DNA of 12,483 nt from Octopus sinensis. Its lineage: Eukaryota. Location of the stretch: assembly GCF_006345805.1 (NCBI RefSeq), contig NW_021826567.1, positions 1-12,483 on the forward strand, given 5' to 3'. Below the pieces are notes generated by a model. That model saw only the letters and a program-made list of their open reading frames with translations. It was not told where the DNA came from and ran no database searches. The translations under genes and the position numbers were made by a program. Positions 8,340 through 12,483 of this stretch are shown piece after piece (position 1 is the first letter of the stretch; every line of letters begins with the position of its first letter).

Positions 8340-8852
8340 GTGGAGGCGCAATGGCCCAGTGGTTAGGGCAGCGGACTCGCGGTCATAGGATCGCGGTTTC
8401 GATTCCAGACCGGGCGTTGTGAGTGTTTTATTGAGCGAAAAACACCTAAAAGCTCCACGAGGCTCCGGCAGGGGATGGTGGTGATCCCTGCTGTACTCTT
8501 TCACCACCAACTTTCTCTCACTCTACTTCCTGTTTCGTTGTACCTGTATTTCAAGGGGCCGGCCTTGTCACTCTCTGTGTCACGCTGAATATCCCCGAGA
8601 ACTACGTTAAGGGTGCACGTGTCTCTTTCGACTCGTGCACTCGACCGAGAACTCTCTCAAGTGAAATCGCCGCTTCGATCGCGTCGATAACACACGGACA
8701 CACACACTCGTGGTCTTCATCGTAACTCAGCTCTGCTATCGCTAGACAGTAGTAGATAGGGACAGCCACTTACACGTTAATTTCACGAGCAGGCTGTTCC
8801 GTTGATTCATATCAACCGGAAACCTCATCGTCGTAACCGACGGAGTGCTTCC
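8340..8852 (+). mobile_element. tRNA-derived SINE, family A head, tail type 1, with a 138-bp foreign segment
   Basis: 12-bp TSD ATAACAATTACT at 8328-8339 and 8853-8864. Foreign segment at 8625-8762. Confidence 0.92.
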
Positions 8853-8889
8853 ATAACAATTACTCCTTCAAACAGAATAGAAATGGTTT

Positions 8890-9244
8890 TTGTACCTCCT
8901 CGATCAGATCCAGCTGGAATACCTCTCTGCTCTTTCTGATATTGCCTTTAGAGATTTGGTCCTCTTCTGCCCAGAGAATGAAAATTGTTTCATTAGACAG
9001 TAAGTAGACAGTAAATTTGTCCGCAAAACCTCTGGCACCAACCCCTTTGGCGAGAACTTTGACCCGGAAGTTGACTTGTCTCAGGCTGCTGGCCAGACTG
9101 GAGTATTTTTCAGTCTTGAGAACACGTTAATTTCCTTTTCCGCAGAGAGGGGCTCCGAGAATGGTTTGGTTTGAACCTCATCCCGGAAGATGCAATTACC
9201 TCGTCCAGCTGTTTCAGCATCCTGCGTGTTTTATCCTTCTATGT
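8890..9244 (-). pseudogene. HERO-like (R2-group) LINE, 3' piece: end of RT fused by internal deletion to the C-terminus
   Basis: Manual translation gives KTRRMLKQLDEVIASSGMRFKPNHSRSPSLRKRKL, then with frameshifts KYSSLASSLRQVNFRVKVLAKGVGARGFAD and KSLKAISERAERYSSWI*SRR. These resemble HERO-type motifs (MxFKPxKSRS, EVGxRGF, ASRWLW) from recall. Confidence 0.7.
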
Positions 9245-9527
9245 GGAAAGCACTTTTAGTAATAGGATAATAAATAAAAAGTCACCAATTTAGCGATAAG
9301 ATAATAATGTAGAAAGGTCACCAGTGGATTGGTGTATGACGTGAATGTAAAAACGAATATCAGAAGGCATGTTTTTGTTAATAAAATTATTTTCATTTAT
9401 TTTGGATTGTGTGTGAATGTAAAATTTACAAGAACATCAAAGAATTAGAGCTATGGAGCGAGGCATGTATAGGCTGCGAAAGGAAATCAGATAAAACGAA
9501 ATGAGCTGCACGTCGTTAGTTGTAAAC

Positions 9528-9645
9528 GCTATAGGCCATATCACGTTGGAAGCACCGGTTCTCGCCCGATCACCGAAGTTAAGCAACGTCGAGCCTATTT
9601 AGTACTTAGATGGGTGACCGCTTGGGAAACCTATGTGCTGTAAGC
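9528..9645 (+). pseudogene. 5S rRNA pseudogene, about 118 nt
   Basis: GGCCATATCACGTTGGAAGCACCGGTTCTCGCCCGATCACCGAAGTTAAGCAACG...AGTACTTAGATGGGTGACCGCTTGGGAA...GCTGTAAGC. Helix I has 3 mismatches, helix V is disrupted, and there is no oligo-T terminator. Confidence 0.92.
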
Positions 9646-9887
9646 GCCACACATTGTTATAGCCCTGTGTGGTTAATAAAGAAAAATATAATCAATTCAT
9701 AGCAGAAACATTGATGTAATACTAGAGCCGTTACATCTGCAATTGGTTAAGTTGGAGGTGAACATAGAACAGGTGTCACATAATAGAAAATGATGTTTCT
9801 TCCTCGCTGTTAAATCTGCAATTGGTTTAGCTCTTTCAAAATAGGCGCGTTTTACTGCTGAGCAGAAGTTGCTACTTGTATTACTAC

Positions 9888-10669
9888 TTGCCATCTTGTT
9901 CCAAAAAAAACTTTTAGGCCGGGGTATTTGGACAACTTCCCCGAATCCCTGACTTGGAAGTGCTACAGGAACGTGATACGTTATCCAGGCACGGAATGTC
10001 AGTGCCACCGACGTGTCCAAGATGTGGGCTGGACAATGAAACTGTCCAGCACGCTTTTGTACAATGTCGGGAGCTATCTATCTTGATAAGTTACGTTGAA
10101 CACGTGTTGTCGCATCTGGGACGAGTACAGCTTTCGGCTGGATCTATAATAAAGATGATACCGCCAACTGGACTCTCAAAAGAAGGTAAGGCTTGTTTTT
10201 ACTGTACAGTTGCAGTACTGAAAGAGTGTGTCTTCAGGACTAGAATGGAAGGTTCTGTGACAGGGTCCTTCATCTCTGGCCCCGGTTTATTGTCTTACTT
10301 CAGATACCATCCGAAGAGCAAGATGGGGTTGGAGAGGAAGACCCTGCCACCGAGTGAATACGAGAAAGGATGGAAGGATGTGATGAGAAAGGTGGGTGTC
10401 AGTAACTCAGCTTAATCATTGATGAAAGGAAAAGATAGTTGCTGGGCTTTATAGGCTGCCAGGTTCTTTTTGAACTTTTATTCGTTTTCTTTCTTTGTTT
10501 TCGTTTAAAAAAAGGGTCTACTTTAAGGTAAAAATCAATCGTTATATAAAACATTTTAAAGTAAATTTTTAACATAATACACATTCGAACTCATTTAACA
10601 TTTTTTGTATTTGTTTGTCTTGTAATGTCCTTTTCTATGAACGATCAGTTTGATCATAATAAAGATTTT
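9888..10669 (+). mobile_element. 5'-truncated Tx1/L1-clade LINE (ORF2 C-terminus plus 3' UTR)
   Basis: Zinc-binding motif CPRCGLDNETVQHAFVQC, stop at 10413-10415, AATAAAGA end. 15-bp TSD TACTTGTATTACTAC at 9873-9887 and 10670-10684. Confidence 0.88.
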
Positions 10670-10761
10670 TACTTGTATTACTACATCGCCAACTTTGACT
10701 GTCTGGCGTCTGCCAAAGCACAACTGAATATAGCCGCAGCGACAAAATAGGTCTTTCATGT

Positions 10762-11293
10762 CCCACTACAGACTGTAGTGTCGTCCATGAAGACATTTAG
10801 AGGTGTCATCCGAAATCCTTCTTCAAGATCTATTGGAGCTGACCGTCCCATTTCTGCCTTCAGGATGATCCCCAGCACCAACACAAATAATACAGGGGAG
10901 ATTGCACTGCCCATTGCTATGCCCACTTCTAAATTGATCCATCCAAAGAACTGTGTACACTTTGGTTGTGGAAACGCACAGAAATCCCAGTGAAAAACTT
11001 CATCAACACTTCTCTGGTGTTCTTTAGAGTGTGATAAGTGTGAAGAGCTTGTTTCATCATATGGGATCGAACTGTAGGCATTTGACAGATCGAGCCATAC
11101 CACACCAAGCCAATATCTCTTTTCTGCTCTAGTCCTTTGGATTGCTTGCTAAACCAAAGGGGTATATACTATATAAGTTGATACTCCAGACTTGTCTCCC
11201 TTCTGAACTGGCCTATCCAAGCACTTATTCTCTGTGAGATATTTAGTTATCCTTGCTGCCATAACAGAGAAGATTTTTCCTTCAGCATTCAAT
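10762..11293 (-). pseudogene. HERO-like LINE reverse transcriptase core, decayed
   Basis: Motifs LLNAEGKIF, VQKG, VWLDLSNAYSSIP, GIAMGSAISPVLF and FMDD, with frameshifts. Confidence 0.85.
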
Positions 11294-11825
11294 AGGCGCT
11301 GTTGTGGCTGTGTGCAAAGAAACTTGATTCCCAACCATATGGTTCCGGGTTCAGTCCCACTGCGTGGCACCTTTGTTAAGTGTCTTCTACTATAGCCTCG
11401 GGTCAGCCAAATCCTTGTGAGTGGATTTGGTTGACGGAAACTGAAAGAAGCTTGTCGTATGCACACACATACGTGTGTTTGTGTGCGTATGTGTGTGTGT
11501 GTGTGTGTGCGTGTGTGTGTGTGTGTGTGCGTGTGTGTGTGTGTGCGTGTGTGCGTGTGTGTGTGTGTATGTGTGTGTTTGCGTTTGTTTCCTTCCCACC
11601 ACCGCATGACAATCGGTATTGGTGTGCTTACATTCCCGCAACTTAGCAGTTCGGCAAAAGACACTAATAAAATGAGTACCAGGCTTTACAAAAAACAAAA
11701 AGCAAAAAAACAAAAAAAAAACTCCAAAAAGTACTGGGGTCGATTCGTTCGACTTAAAGCTCTTTGAGGCGGTGCTCCAGCATGACCGCAGTCTAATGAC
11801 TGAATCGAAGTAAAAAAATGAAAAC
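11294..11825 (+). mobile_element. tRNA-derived SINE, family B, with internal (TG)n, inserted in the HERO-like RT
   Basis: Homologous to 3935-4883. Splits the ISLLN/AEGKIF motif. No clean TSD. Confidence 0.88.
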
Positions 11826-12050
11826 AATTGAGAAGAGATATTGATCTGGATTGGCTGATATCGATTCTATCTCCGAATGTATTCTCCTTCGGCTTTCTCC
11901 CATTGATCACTGATCTTCAAGTTCCTCCATGCTGACCATATCAATTTGTGGTACCACTCAAGGATACTGGGAAACTTGGCTGCTATGTTTAGTAAGCTGA
12001 GTGACCAGGTAGAGGCCGTCTCGATCGCTTCTAAAATGGATTATTTTCTA
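11826..12050 (-). pseudogene. HERO-like LINE, upstream RT piece
   Basis: Translates as KFPSILEWYHKLIWSAWRNLKISDQWEKAEG and, after a frameshift, DISQSRSISLLN. Confidence 0.75.
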
Positions 12051-12344
12051 AGTTTTGTGAGACGTTTTTCACTCAAATATCTTTTCCCTTAAATCATTAT
12101 TTGAATTGTTTAGAAATAGTTTAGCTTGTTTTTGTTTTATTTAATTGAAATTGCGGAACTATAATTAATCATTAACCTATTTTATTTTTTTCCTCCTCCT
12201 CACCACGGGTGTAATTTTCAATCAATTAATGCTTCGCTTAATTAATTCGTTTAGCGCCAACTTTACGATTCGGTTGTAATAAATTTTATTGTCGTGAAAA
12301 TCTGATACAGCACAAACAGGGAATCGGAAGGACAACTGACAAAC

Positions 12345-12425
12345 TCACACACACACACACGCACGCATACACACAACACACACACACACACACACACCAC
12401 ACACACACACACACACACACCACGC
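12345..12425. repeat. (CA)n microsatellite
   Basis: Directly visible. Confidence 0.96.
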
Positions 12426-12483
12426 GTACATACATAGATACACATATACTTAGACAAATATAAAAAAAAAACAATTGGATCCT

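Noticed and set aside
9528-9645. Functional 5S gene, or a 5S-targeted (Mutsu-type) Tx1 insertion
   Set aside because: Helices are broken and there is no terminator. The Tx1-like element lies about 240 bp downstream, not inside the 5S.
9697-10020. 107-aa minus-strand ORF
   Set aside because: It crosses the LINE insertion boundary and has no recognisable domain.

Overview
Eukaryotic, repeat-saturated intronic or intergenic DNA with no supportable host protein-coding gene. The SINE, Helitron and LINE families look like those of octopod cephalopods, an assignment made from recall and not from a search. Most ORF-track entries are microsatellite or SINE artefacts. Main result: bases 959-1871 are about 2.65 near-identical head-to-tail 344-345 bp units. 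Each unit junction folds into a complete type I hammerhead ribozyme (GUC cleavage after 1307 and 1651) with an extended, bulged stem I. This is the architecture of a non-LTR retrozyme (a self-cleaving, circRNA-producing repeat). An older local tandem duplication preserves its empty insertion site. Also present: two degenerate Penelope-type minimal hammerheads; a DINE-1-like Helentron element carrying a nested SINE; a canonical 398-bp Helitron that shares a hairpin module with the retrozyme; five tRNA-SINEs with one head and three different tails; two copies of a second SINE family; a fragmented HERO-like (R2-group) LINE; a 5'-truncated Tx1/L1-like LINE with a 15-bp TSD; and a 5S rRNA pseudogene followed by a LINE-like tail.
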